Shown in pieces: positions 48,401 through 57,083 of a DNA stretch of 64,000 nucleotides; position 1 is the first letter of the stretch, and every line of letters starts with the position of its first letter. The notes below the pieces were generated by a model that saw nothing but the letters and a program-made list of their open reading frames with translations, had not been told where the DNA came from and did no database searches. Source of the stretch: Elusimicrobiota bacterium. Lineage in GTDB: Bacteria > Elusimicrobiota > Endomicrobiia > Endomicrobiales > JBDRNC01. The DNA lies in NCBI GenBank assembly GCA_043811535.1, contig JBDRNC010000004.1:32001-96000 (forward strand), read 5' to 3'. Made by a program: the position numbers and the translations under genes.

Positions 48401-51400
48401 CCAGCGTGTTCACCGTATCCACGTCCCCCGACGATGTCCACACGCTCCAGTTCGCCCCGTCATACGCCTTCACGGCAAACCAATATGTCGCCGTCGGTAT
48501 AAGCGTCGCCGGCGTGGTGTACGCGCAGTAATCGCCGGGCGATACTGTCGTCGTTATATTGACCGTATGGTTTGAATACGGAGCGTCGTCAAAATTCGCC
48601 GCTGTTATTATCGCGTGCGAAGAGTACCTCACGCGGAACGTGCCGTCCGTTATCGTATTGGACATCTCGTCGTTGCCGGGCGCCGTCCATCTGAGAGTGA
48701 CGGTCCTGTTTGAAGATCCCGGCAATGCCGTAAGATTTGATATTCCCGCCGGGGCCTCGGAATCATATACGTACCTGTAAGCTATAGTGTCTGAAACCAG
48801 AGACCAGTTTCCGGCGTTATCGCGCGATTGGACCGTGAACCAGTAGTATACATTCGTAGTAAGGCCGGTCGCGATGTATGTCTGCCAGCTCCCCTGCGCG
48901 GCGTTAGTGTCAAACTGTACGCTGTATTCAAACGACGCCGGCTCCGCCGTGTTGCTGGAATACTCTATTATGTATTTTCCGGAACTCAGTCCGCTCGCGG
49001 TATCAACCGGCGTGGTCCACGTCAGCCGTATGTCCCCCGTTTCCGGCCCGTACTCCGCGGAAGGCGCTATATTCGCCGGCAGCGTCGTGTCCACTAAAAC
49101 CGTGTATTCGGATGACCGCACCACGTTGCCGGCCATATCCTGCGTGATAAATATTATCCTGTTGTCCCCCGCTTCCGATAACGCCAGGCCCGTCACAGCC
49201 GTGGGGACTATAGCCGGGGTACCGTTAGAACCTGAAACAGAGGCCATGTCGGTGGACGTCTCTATCGCCCAGCTGACTCCGCCGTCGCCGGAATACTTGA
49301 CCGAACCCGAATTATAGTGCGCCGCTACCTCTTCGTCCGTCATCGCGCGGTTGAATACGGTTATTTCATCCATCCTGCCCTGATAATTCAATCCCCCGCC
49401 TTTATAATATCCTATCAATAACGGCAGCGTGCTGCCGGTGCTATTGACTACCACGCCTATCGAGTCCTGCAATTCTCCGTTGTAATAGAGTTTCAGCACC
49501 GATCCGTTGTATGTCATGGCTATGTGCTGCCATATATTGGCCTTGACTGTCTGAGTGGATTTCACATAACCGAATTCATTTGAAGGGCCGACTATATTCG
49601 TTATCAGGTCATATGTCCCGCCGCCGCCCCATACCGCCAGGTTGAACCCGCCTTCGTTCCTCTTGTCCATTACCATTTGTTCGCCGTCTTTTCCGGTCGG
49701 ATATATCCACACCCCCGCGGTGATATTCTCCGGATTCAACGAAACGCTGTCGGATACCGTCACGCTGCTTGACGCGCCGTCAAAATCAAGCCCGCCGGAA
49801 AATCTTCCCGAATCCCAGCTCACGCCTGACACTATATTGCCGTTGTTCCCGTATCCGGACAAATCCGCGGCAACGGCGCCGCTGCCTTCGTTCATGCGCA
49901 GCAGCATCACGCACCCGCTGGACGGAATCAGTTCAGTCTGCCCGGCGCGCATCCCGGAACCGGTGTCCTGTACCCCTATAGAACAGTTGACAGGATACGT
50001 ATCCAGGTAGACCGTTGACGGGTCTACCCATGAACCGTCGTTCTTCCGGCCTTCCAAAGTAGTAAACTGGGAATCAGTCATATCAATCCTGAACGCTTTC
50101 GTTGAGCTCCATGCCGTATATACGTCGCCCCACTTGCGCGCTTTGACGCGGTACCAGTAATACGTGTTTTCCGCCAGGCCGCTGAACGCCACAGACGACG
50201 ACGCCGGCGCGTATTCCTGGTCCACGGAACCAAAACCACTGTCGTTGTCTATCTGGACAAGATAATCCAGAGCTCCCGGATAATCCTTCCAGTCCACCAG
50301 ATTAGAATTTGTCCACGACGCGTCCGCCGGAATATACGCCGTAGGAGCTTCAAGCAGGTACACCGTTGCGCCGTTGGATATCTCGGACCAGTTTGGAGCG
50401 CCGTCGTTCGTCCATACGCGGAAATAATACGTCGCGCCAGGATTTAGGCCGCTTACCTGGCATGTCTGATAGCTTTCCGCGTTTACGCCCTCCGCGCCTA
50501 TCGTCACCTGTCCGGATCCCGCGGTCCACACAGCATTATAAGTAGCGTACCGGATATTGAACTGGCTGTCGGCCTGAAGCGCGCCCGTCCAGTCATTGTC
50601 GCCGGGCGAGGTCCATGAAAGGTTTATCTGACCGTTGTAACCCACAAGCCCGGAAAGGGAAGTTACCGCCGCAGGCGCCGTCATATCGGACGAGCCCGGG
50701 ACATACGACCATGCCAGCGTGTTGACCGTATCCACGTCCCCCGACGAGGTCCATACCGACCAGTTTACGCCGTCGTACGCTTTTACGGCAAACCAATATG
50801 TCGCCGTCGGTATAAGCGTCGCCGGCGTGGTGTACGCGCAGTAATCGCCGGGCGATACTGTCGTTGTTATATTGACCGTATGGTTTGAATACGGAGCGTC
50901 GTCAAAATTAGCCGCTGTTATTATCGCGTGAGAAGAGTACCTTATGCGGAACGTGCCATCCGTTATCGTATTGGACATCTCGTCGTTGCCGGGCGCCGTC
51001 CAGCGCAATGTGACCGACCTGTTCACCGGCCCCGGGAGCGCCGTCAGGTTGGATATAGCCGCCGGCGGTATTATATCGGGCAGGGCGTAGCCGTAGGCCT
51101 GGGTATTCACGGCAGGCACTTCACCCGAAGAGTTCCAAACGGACCATTCAGCGGAATTGAAGGATTTTATGGCGAACCAGTAACTCGCTCCAGGCGTAAG
51201 ATTGCTTACCGTGTAAACGCAATAAGCGCCCGGCGCAACCGCAGTGCCTATGTGAACAACATATGTCGAAGGGACATTATCATAATTCGCGTCCGTTACC
51301 TGCGAGATCGAAGAATATTTCACGTCAAATACGCCGAAGAAGTTGCCGGAAACGCCGTAACTTCCGGGCGACGTCCACTGAAGCGCGACACTGCCGGCCG

Positions 51401-54398
51401 CGGGTCCCTGCGTTACCGTCAGGTTTGATACCGCCGCTGGCGGCGCTATGAAGCTCCCGTCGTCGAAAGACAGCGTGGCGAGTATCATGCTCTGGAATGT
51501 CGCGGTAGTATGGAAGTTTATCTTAGGCAGGAAGTAGGCGGCGCCGGCGTGATAACCGAGGCCTTCCAGATTAACGCTTCCCGAGTTTGCCGGCCCGGGA
51601 TTCGCCAGGACATCCCAGAGGGTATTGATATATCCTCCTCCCTCATCGAATTCGTCAAACGCGATATCGTAGGTGCCGGTACCTATGTACGTGACATAGT
51701 AATTCATGTTCTTCGCGGTGGTCGTAGATACTTTCGCGACTAGAGCGCTGTTCGGATAGTACCACCCCGCGTTCCAATTGCTCGCCGTGGCGGAAAATAA
51801 AGCCATTCTCCTGTATGAACTCATGGACGCCGTGCCCGCGCCCTGCCCTTTCAGCCACTTCGTTATCCCCGTAGGCGAAAAATCAGCCATCCAGAGAATC
51901 GGCTGCGTCATGTATGCGTACGAACGGGCCTGTCTGTTCACTGAGGAGTCATCGCCGGACGATTTCCAAACGGACCAGTTCGTCGCGTCGAACGCCTTAA
52001 TGGCGAACCAGTAGCTTGTCCCGGCCGTAAGGCTGCTTATCGTGTAGTTGCAGAACGTCAGCGCGGCGACCGCCGTGGCGATGTTTATGGTATATGTGGG
52101 CGATGGGGGCGTGTCGTAGTTTATATTCGTGATCTGGGATACCGTGGAGTATTTTATCTCAAACTGTCCCTCCAGATCCCCTGAAAGCTCGTCGTTGCCG
52201 GGCGAGACCCACCTGAGCGATATTGTCCCGTCCGCGGTTCCGGCCAGCGCCGTGAGATTGGATATGGCCGCCGGCGGTATTATATCCACTGTTTGCGCGT
52301 AGGACCACGCGAGCGTGTTCACTTCGGGGTCGTCGCCGGATGACTTCCAGACGGACCAATTCTCGCCGTCGTCCGCTTTCATTGCGAACCAGTACGTGGC
52401 GCCGGGGACGAGATTTCCTATAGCGCTGTTGCAGAACGTGAGCGGGTCCACTGATGTGGAGATATTTAGCGTGTATGACGGCGACGGAGGAGTTTCGTAA
52501 TTCGTGTTCGTTATCTGTGATATGGAAGTATACTTGATCTCAAACTGGCCGTTCAGCGTTCCGGCGCTGCCGTTGTTGCCGGGTGAAGTCCACATCAGCG
52601 ACACGCTCCCGTTGGACGTTCCCGGCAGGGCCGTGAGGTTGGATATGGAATCAGGCGCCTCCAGGTCCAGCGGGGTGGCATAGGAGTATGCCAGAGTATT
52701 GATTTCATCATTGTCGCCCGAAGAGATCCACACGGACCAGTTCTTTTCATCGGACGTTTTTATCGCGAACCAGTACGTAGCCCCCGGAGCAAGACTGCTT
52801 ACTGTATGGTAGCAGGTTTCAAACGGCTCGACCGACGTCGTTATATTGACCGTGTAAGACGGCGACGGAGGAGTTTCGTAATTCGCGCCCGTTATCTGGG
52901 ACATGGAAGTATACTTTATCTCAAACTGCCCTTCCAGCGCGCCTGAATTCTCGTCGTCGCCGGGCGAACTCCACATCAGCGACACGCTCCCGCTTCTCAA
53001 GCCGGGAAGGCCTGTAAGGTTGGATATGGCAGCGGGCGGCGTTATATCTTCAACAGTATCGGGAACGATGGAGGAGGAAGAACCGTTCATCCCGTATGTC
53101 CAGAAATACGGAGTGTCGCTTACCGTCGCGTTGTTTATATCCAGGGTGTCCGGGGCGGAATTATCCGCCTGGTCCGTGCCGTTCAGTTTCCATTGCCCTA
53201 CCATTCCGTAGGTCGGCGTGTTATTGGAAGCGCGTATCGCATCGACTTCATCCGCGCTCAAAGCCCTGTTATATATCGCTACTTCATCCAGCATGCCCCT
53301 CTGGCGCACGCTCTCAGTGGTCGAATTGGAAAATTCTATCGCGCCGTTGACATCCGCGCCGATAGTGCCGCAGGAACTGTTGCTCCCGCGCACCGTCCCG
53401 TCAATATATATTTTCATGTTCCTGGACACGTAGTCGTAAACAGCCGCGACGTGGTGCCACTGTCCAGCGGTCAGATAGTTCCCCGAGGTCTGGCAGCCGG
53501 GAGTCCTGTTCGGCCCGGAAAACTCTATATTCTGCGCTGTTTCATAAATGAAGATTTTCCACGAAGTTCCGTATTCTCTCTTCCAGATAAGATACTGGTT
53601 GTTCGCACCCGTGGGATTCACCCAAAACGACACGGAAACGCTTTTTGACATATTAAACGCCTGATGCTGCCCCAGCGATACGTAGGCGGTTGTATTAAAG
53701 TGAAGCGAAGACGACTGCTGGCTGGTGTCCGAGGAACGCACCACGTAAAAGTAGGTTACCGTAGGATCAAGGCCCGTATCGTAATAGTATGACACGGGAC
53801 TGATAACGCTGGAAACGTAGGAATATCCTATAGTTGTTGGGGATGACGAGCGGTAGACCGAGTACCCGAGCACGTCAATGTCGTCCACCGACGTCCATGA
53901 CAGCAAGACAGAGGCCATGCCGGTCGAGACTATGACAAGGCTTGTGACGGAATTGGGGGTGGCGTCAAAAACGAAGGGTTTTGCGTAGTTCGTCGTGCCT
54001 TCCGAAATCTCGGAAACGCCTCCGGTAGAGCCGCTGGTTATCCATATGCGGAAGTATGAAGTCACCCCGTCGCCCAATCCGTAGCATATCTTCGTTCTCG
54101 TAAGGCCCGGGGCGGTGGAAGTAGTGCTTATCGCTACCTGGGCGTTCGTCGTGCTCCAGACCACGTCCTCCTGGTTGGTCCATGATGAGTATTGTATGAA
54201 GTATATACTGCTGTTAGGAAGGATTTCCGGGCCGGGATACGTCCATTGAAGAAACATGCTTCCGGCTGACGGTCCCGTCAGCGCCGAAAGGTTCGTGACC
54301 GCGTCGGGAGCGGCATAGGCCGAAGGAATAATAAAAAAAGCAAGAACCAAAACCAGTTCCAGCAGAAACTTCACAGAATGGGTCGATACTCTTAACAT
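45414..54398 (-). CDS. Giant secreted modular protein (2994 aa): Fn3-like repeats, three LamG domains, WxADFSP domain, ZU5-like region, T9SS/FlgD-like C-terminal domain
   Basis: Signal peptide; repeated PPAAISNLTAL..L.W..PG.D..YWFA.K; three LamG signatures (W.H.A..Y..G..D....NRA); C-terminal VQWNGFDEEGRFVESGVYIYRIK..IVVAK. Confidence 0.85.
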   Translation of the reverse strand: MLRVSTHSVKFLLELVLVLAFFIIPSAYAAPDAVTNLSALTGPSAGSMFLQWTYPGPEILPNSSIYFIQYSSWTNQEDVVWSTTNAQVAISTTSTAPGLTRTKICYGLGDGVTSYFRIWITSGSTGGVSEISEGTTNYAKPFVFDATPNSVTSLVIVSTGMASVLLSWTSVDDIDVLGYSVYRSSSPTTIGYSYVSSVISPVSYYYDTGLDPTVTYFYVVRSSDTSQQSSSLHFNTTAYVSLGQHQAFNMSKSVSVSFWVNPTGANNQYLIWKREYGTSWKIFIYETAQNIEFSGPNRTPGCQTSGNYLTAGQWHHVAAVYDYVSRNMKIYIDGTVRGSNSSCGTIGADVNGAIEFSNSTTESVRQRGMLDEVAIYNRALSADEVDAIRASNNTPTYGMVGQWKLNGTDQADNSAPDTLDINNATVSDTPYFWTYGMNGSSSSIVPDTVEDITPPAAISNLTGLPGLRSGSVSLMWSSPGDDENSGALEGQFEIKYTSMSQITGANYETPPSPSYTVNITTSVEPFETCYHTVSSLAPGATYWFAIKTSDEKNWSVWISSGDNDEINTLAYSYATPLDLEAPDSISNLTALPGTSNGSVSLMWTSPGNNGSAGTLNGQFEIKYTSISQITNTNYETPPSPSYTLNISTSVDPLTFCNSAIGNLVPGATYWFAMKADDGENWSVWKSSGDDPEVNTLAWSYAQTVDIIPPAAISNLTALAGTADGTISLRWVSPGNDELSGDLEGQFEIKYSTVSQITNINYDTPPSPTYTINIATAVAALTFCNYTISSLTAGTSYWFAIKAFDATNWSVWKSSGDDSSVNRQARSYAYMTQPILWMADFSPTGITKWLKGQGAGTASMSSYRRMALFSATASNWNAGWYYPNSALVAKVSTTTAKNMNYYVTYIGTGTYDIAFDEFDEGGGYINTLWDVLANPGPANSGSVNLEGLGYHAGAAYFLPKINFHTTATFQSMILATLSFDDGSFIAPPAAVSNLTVTQGPAAGSVALQWTSPGSYGVSGNFFGVFDVKYSSISQVTDANYDNVPSTYVVHIGTAVAPGAYCVYTVSNLTPGASYWFAIKSFNSAEWSVWNSSGEVPAVNTQAYGYALPDIIPPAAISNLTALPGPVNRSVTLRWTAPGNDEMSNTITDGTFRIRYSSHAIITAANFDDAPYSNHTVNITTTVSPGDYCAYTTPATLIPTATYWFAVKAYDGVNWSVWTSSGDVDTVNTLAWSYVPGSSDMTAPAAVTSLSGLVGYNGQINLSWTSPGDNDWTGALQADSQFNIRYATYNAVWTAGSGQVTIGAEGVNAESYQTCQVSGLNPGATYYFRVWTNDGAPNWSEISNGATVYLLEAPTAYIPADASWTNSNLVDWKDYPGALDYLVQIDNDSGFGSVDQEYAPASSSVAFSGLAENTYYWYRVKARKWGDVYTAWSSTKAFRIDMTDSQFTTLEGRKNDGSWVDPSTVYLDTYPVNCSIGVQDTGSGMRAGQTELIPSSGCVMLLRMNEGSGAVAADLSGYGNNGNIVSGVSWDSGRFSGGLDFDGASSSVTVSDSVSLNPENITAGVWIYPTGKDGEQMVMDKRNEGGFNLAVWGGGGTYDLITNIVGPSNEFGYVKSTQTVKANIWQHIAMTYNGSVLKLYYNGELQDSIGVVVNSTGSTLPLLIGYYKGGGLNYQGRMDEITVFNRAMTDEEVAAHYNSGSVKYSGDGGVSWAIETSTDMASVSGSNGTPAIVPTAVTGLALSEAGDNRIIFITQDMAGNVVRSSEYTVLVDTTLPANIAPSAEYGPETGDIRLTWTTPVDTASGLSSGKYIIEYSSNTAEPASFEYSVQFDTNAAQGSWQTYIATGLTTNVYYWFTVQSRDNAGNWSLVSDTIAYRYVYDSEAPAGISNLTALPGSSNRTVTLRWTAPGNDEMSNTITDGTFRVRYSSHAIITAANFDDAPYSNHTVNITTTVSPGDYCAYTTPATLIPTATYWFAVKAYDGANWSVWTSSGDVDTVNTLAWSYVPGSFDMTAPAAVTSLSGLVGYNGQINLSWTSPGDNGWTGALQADSQFNIQYATYNAAWSEGTGQVTIGAEGVNAESYQTCRVSGLSPGATYYFRVWTNDGAPNWSAISNGATVYLAAGPTTYIPADASWTNTAVADWSDVPGALEYQVLFAENSDFSSPLTPVNVAYSSSALSGFAQSTLYGYRVRARLWNDVYTCWSSSKAFRLDYTLPNISGYRQVSTSYLIDAQDTYSGLRVGQAELVPSSGCVLLLHMNEGSGNTLADSSGYGNNGIKESGASWTTGKFTNGLSFNGTSSSATVAHSAELSPANVTVEAWINPAGKTGEQLIVEKRSFGGYAFILLNDAGTSKLQAKIAGPNNDPCLVETSIPNGQWSHAAMTYDGVKLSLYINGETSILLLSSEPVVSARDISGSNVPIKIGSNETWGLFYEGALDDIAVYNRALSAEEIATHFNSGAVKYNTNGGVGDWDIETSLSASSMSGSNGDQLVHTITATGLPFTGNPASDRIRFLVQDMAGNLKISDVYVVTADSVAPSAINNLSVTAKTENSLTLSWASPGDDGGLGTLPSGALFNIQYSTFASVEWSTASAQVSVSAAGTGAGSTATRKVSDLAKDTTYYFRAWTCDERINWSGLSNIATDYTLADAVAPVADAVVIENAGILGQPIVFISTATDSGVITSVKLWYKLFDAAWASAEMTLTDVDGGKRGKYALEGKKVNQEGSIYYYVQAQDNADNIGYWKSESDPQEIKVSRATTFPPTQTGKVTLPNNDTKHGEVSLDIPSGALNAPVTITITQINTNLEKPADDDTVDRTKNSGRPVSVYEFTPSGTKFIKPVTLTLLYFDPDDTGKVQLEDGTVTDIDENTSVLQIFFWDGVQWRLLGGTADKDNNTVSIKINHFSKYAIFPLGSLSTRAAPEEKFVTPHIPAAFGFLAEEVAILDIAGNTVKEMTKTDFGGGAVQWNGFDEEGRFVESGVYIYRIKTTEGKYTYGMIVVAK

Positions 54399-54467
54399 TC
54401 TTTTTCCCGTATATCTGCGGCTGCTTTGGCGGACCTGCGCCGAATGTTATCTGCCTGCCAATATATA

Positions 54468-54522
54468 TATATAGCATTATTTGGGTTCATTTGAAGTGAA
54501 TAAATTGCGAATATTTTGCGAA
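54468..54522 (-). promoter_or_regulatory. Promoter of the 2994-aa gene with triple 11-bp-period direct repeat
   Basis: TGcTATATA extended -10 (hexamer 54468-54473); plus-strand GTGAA/GCGAA/GCGAA at 54496, 54507, 54518. Confidence 0.6.
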
Positions 54523-54559
54523 ATTTTATCTGTCCTGCAGGCGGGTTGTTATACTCCAC

Positions 54560-54770
54560 GGGCGCGGGAATCCGGCCCTTTTGGATCAATGCAAAGCCGC
54601 TTTAGTGTCCTTGGCAGTCTCATCAGCAGAGATCACCACGGCCTTCGGCCTCGTGATGACACTTCGTGTTAGATCCTTCGGCTACGCCTCAGGATGAATA
54701 AAATCCGGTCCGAACTGACAGACCTGGATTTTACAAATTCATGGATCCCCGATTACAACTCTCGGGGATG
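54560..54770. repeat. Cluster of REP-like hairpins ending in GATGA(C)
   Basis: GAGATCACCACGGCCTTCGGCCTCGTGATGAC; AGATCCTTCGGCTACGCCTCAGGATGA; GGATCCCCGATTACAACTCTCGGGGATGA; a related hairpin lies at about 18926-18954. Confidence 0.55.
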
Positions 54771-54808
54771 AATAAAATTGGATTCATACGGATAAATCTC
54801 AATTTTAT

Positions 54809-56014
54809 TCACTTTGTCAAGACGACGGATCCAGAGGTTATGGAATTGTCTATCTCTATCTGATAAATGTACAGCCCTATTTTTGCCGTATCCCCGGAAT
54901 TGTCCTTGCCGTCCCAGTCTATCTTGCAATTGCCGTTAACGGTATCCCTGTAAAGGTCCCGTATTATCGTGCCGCGCAGGTCGTATATCGTCACCTGAAC
55001 GCTGCTCGATTTGGCCGTTTTGACAAACAGCGTTGTTTTGTCGGCAAACCCGTCGCCGTTGGGCGAAAACGGGTTCGGGAAGAACTCCAGCTTGTTGTCA
55101 GGCACGAGCGAATCCTTCGCCACCATGAATTCAACGCTGCAATCCGTTATGGCGTAGCCAAGACCGCTTACCGCGTTTGTCAGAGTTATTTGCCCGTATC
55201 CCTCGGGGACTGACGCGGAAAAACTGTAGTTTAAACGGCAGGTAAGCGCGTCAAGCCAGGCGCCGTTGACGGTAATCTTGCTTCCGGAAGCCGCGCTTCT
55301 CGAAGGCAGCGTAATCTCAAAAACCGGCGCGGCAGATGTGTCCATCGCCGTGCTGAAAACGACAGTGTAATTCACCGAGCTTCCCGGCCTTATCACGCCC
55401 GTATCGCTGGATATCTTAAAACTCGGTGTTGAAACGTATGCCATCAATTCGGCGTCGGTCATTACTTTCATGTCGTCAAAGTACACGTCGAACATTTCAT
55501 TTATGCTTACTTCTCCCCAGCCGGTGCCGTATGTCTGGACCTTGACGTAATCTATGCCCGTGCGCACGTCTGTATCCTTGAGGGGTAGTATTATTCTCAC
55601 CCACGCGTCTACCGCGTACGGCGAACCCGCATAAGGGTTGAGCCAGTAACTCGTTCCCTGGCCGCCCGCGTTGGAACCGTATTCTAGCTGTAATTGCCAT
55701 GTATTATCCGTGTAGCTCTTAACTTTAAGCCAGAATACCAGCTTCGTATAACCCGACCAGTCTTGGCTGGATATGTGGTTCCAGTTTTTCGCTACGAATT
55801 TGTAAGAGTCCTTCTCCGAAGTGAAGTTGCACTTCATGGAGTAAGTTCCCTGAACGGCATCTGAATCCAGGGTGATAGTCCCGGTGGTCCCCAGACTGGT
55901 ATATCCGTTCCAGTCCGAGATATCCTCAAAATCGTCCACGATAATAGCGGCCCTGGCGCCCGGAACGGCGATAAACAGCCCTAAGGTTAATACCACCAGC
56001 CATGTTTTTTTCAT
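54809..56014 (-). CDS. Secreted protein: CBM11-like jelly-roll domain + Ig-like domain + FlgD/T9SS-like C-terminal domain
   Basis: IVDDFEDISDW..QDWSGYTKLVFWLK..YFDDMKV; FPNPFSPNGDG..IYDLRG..WDGKDNSG..GLYIYQI. Confidence 0.75.
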   Translation of the reverse strand: MKKTWLVVLTLGLFIAVPGARAAIIVDDFEDISDWNGYTSLGTTGTITLDSDAVQGTYSMKCNFTSEKDSYKFVAKNWNHISSQDWSGYTKLVFWLKVKSYTDNTWQLQLEYGSNAGGQGTSYWLNPYAGSPYAVDAWVRIILPLKDTDVRTGIDYVKVQTYGTGWGEVSINEMFDVYFDDMKVMTDAELMAYVSTPSFKISSDTGVIRPGSSVNYTVVFSTAMDTSAAPVFEITLPSRSAASGSKITVNGAWLDALTCRLNYSFSASVPEGYGQITLTNAVSGLGYAITDCSVEFMVAKDSLVPDNKLEFFPNPFSPNGDGFADKTTLFVKTAKSSSVQVTIYDLRGTIIRDLYRDTVNGNCKIDWDGKDNSGDTAKIGLYIYQIEIDNSITSGSVVLTK

Positions 56015-56024
56015 TTTTCCCTCG

Positions 56025-57023
56025 TTAAAATCTTGTTGACATGCCCAACCTGTGCGAGCCGATATTGTCGGAAATCGACAACGACCAAATAAAAGCGTAA
56101 TCTATCTGGAATGAAAGATTCGCGGCTAAACGCCTGTTCATGCTCGCCCCCATGGAAATCTCGTTCTTATTCCAGCCGGCCCTCACGCCGTAAGTATGCA
56201 CGCCGAACCATGTTTCCGCCCCGAAATGGAGATTTGTCTTGTCGTTTTCCCTTCCCCAGTCCTGGTTTCGCTGCGAAACGTCCAGCGCCGCGGTTATCGC
56301 GTCCATCCCTTTGTAATACGGTATTTTGTATGCCGCCCCGACCGTCAGCTCCGAGGGCACCTTATCCTCGTACGCCAGCCCGACGTCCGGCTGATTGATA
56401 TTTTTTGCGGCCGCCCCGAAAGTCCAGTGTTTCGGAAGCGAGGCCATCAGGCCGATGTCCGCGCTCACGGCGCCCTTTGAATCGCCTGCCGCGACCACGC
56501 GGTCCCCGATCTGCGCCGCCACATCCTTTGTTCTTTGGTCCCAGATGTATGAATGCGAGAGGTATTTCAAGTTCAATCCCGCCGAAAATTTAACGCCGGC
56601 GTCCGCGTAAACACGCCTTGCATAGCCCAGCTGATACACATTCTCCCTGTACAGCCCGGCTCCGTCGAAATTTGTCACCGCGACGCTGAAAGCGCCGGCT
56701 TCTCCGGCCGGATGCACATATGTAAGATACATTAATCCCAGATCCACATTCTCCAGCCCCACGTACGGTTTTGCGTAGGCGAACGACGCTTCGCGTTTCT
56801 GCAGCTGCGTCATGCCTGCGGGGTTAAAGACGGAGGAATTCGCGTCATTGGAGATAGCGACAAATGTGTTCCCCATGCCCGCGGGCCTCGCGCCCCATCC
56901 GATGTCCTTGAATGCGCCGTTAACGGCAGAAGGAAGAATGAAGACGGAAGACAGAAGCAAAACGGCAATTACATAATTTATGTAATGCCTCTTAATTAAT
57001 TTTGAAATATATGTGATATTCAT
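56025..57023 (-). CDS. PorV/PorQ-like outer-membrane beta-barrel protein (paralog of 44366-45367)
   Basis: AFKDIGWGARPAGMGNTFVAISNDANSSVFNPAG; ends SHRLGMSTRF. Confidence 0.8.
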   Translation of the reverse strand: MNITYISKLIKRHYINYVIAVLLLSSVFILPSAVNGAFKDIGWGARPAGMGNTFVAISNDANSSVFNPAGMTQLQKREASFAYAKPYVGLENVDLGLMYLTYVHPAGEAGAFSVAVTNFDGAGLYRENVYQLGYARRVYADAGVKFSAGLNLKYLSHSYIWDQRTKDVAAQIGDRVVAAGDSKGAVSADIGLMASLPKHWTFGAAAKNINQPDVGLAYEDKVPSELTVGAAYKIPYYKGMDAITAALDVSQRNQDWGRENDKTNLHFGAETWFGVHTYGVRAGWNKNEISMGASMNRRLAANLSFQIDYAFIWSLSISDNIGSHRLGMSTRF

Positions 57024-57083
57024 GTTTTTGCCTTTACTTCCTTCTTCCTTCTTCCTTCTTCCTTCTTCTTTCTTCCGTCTGTT

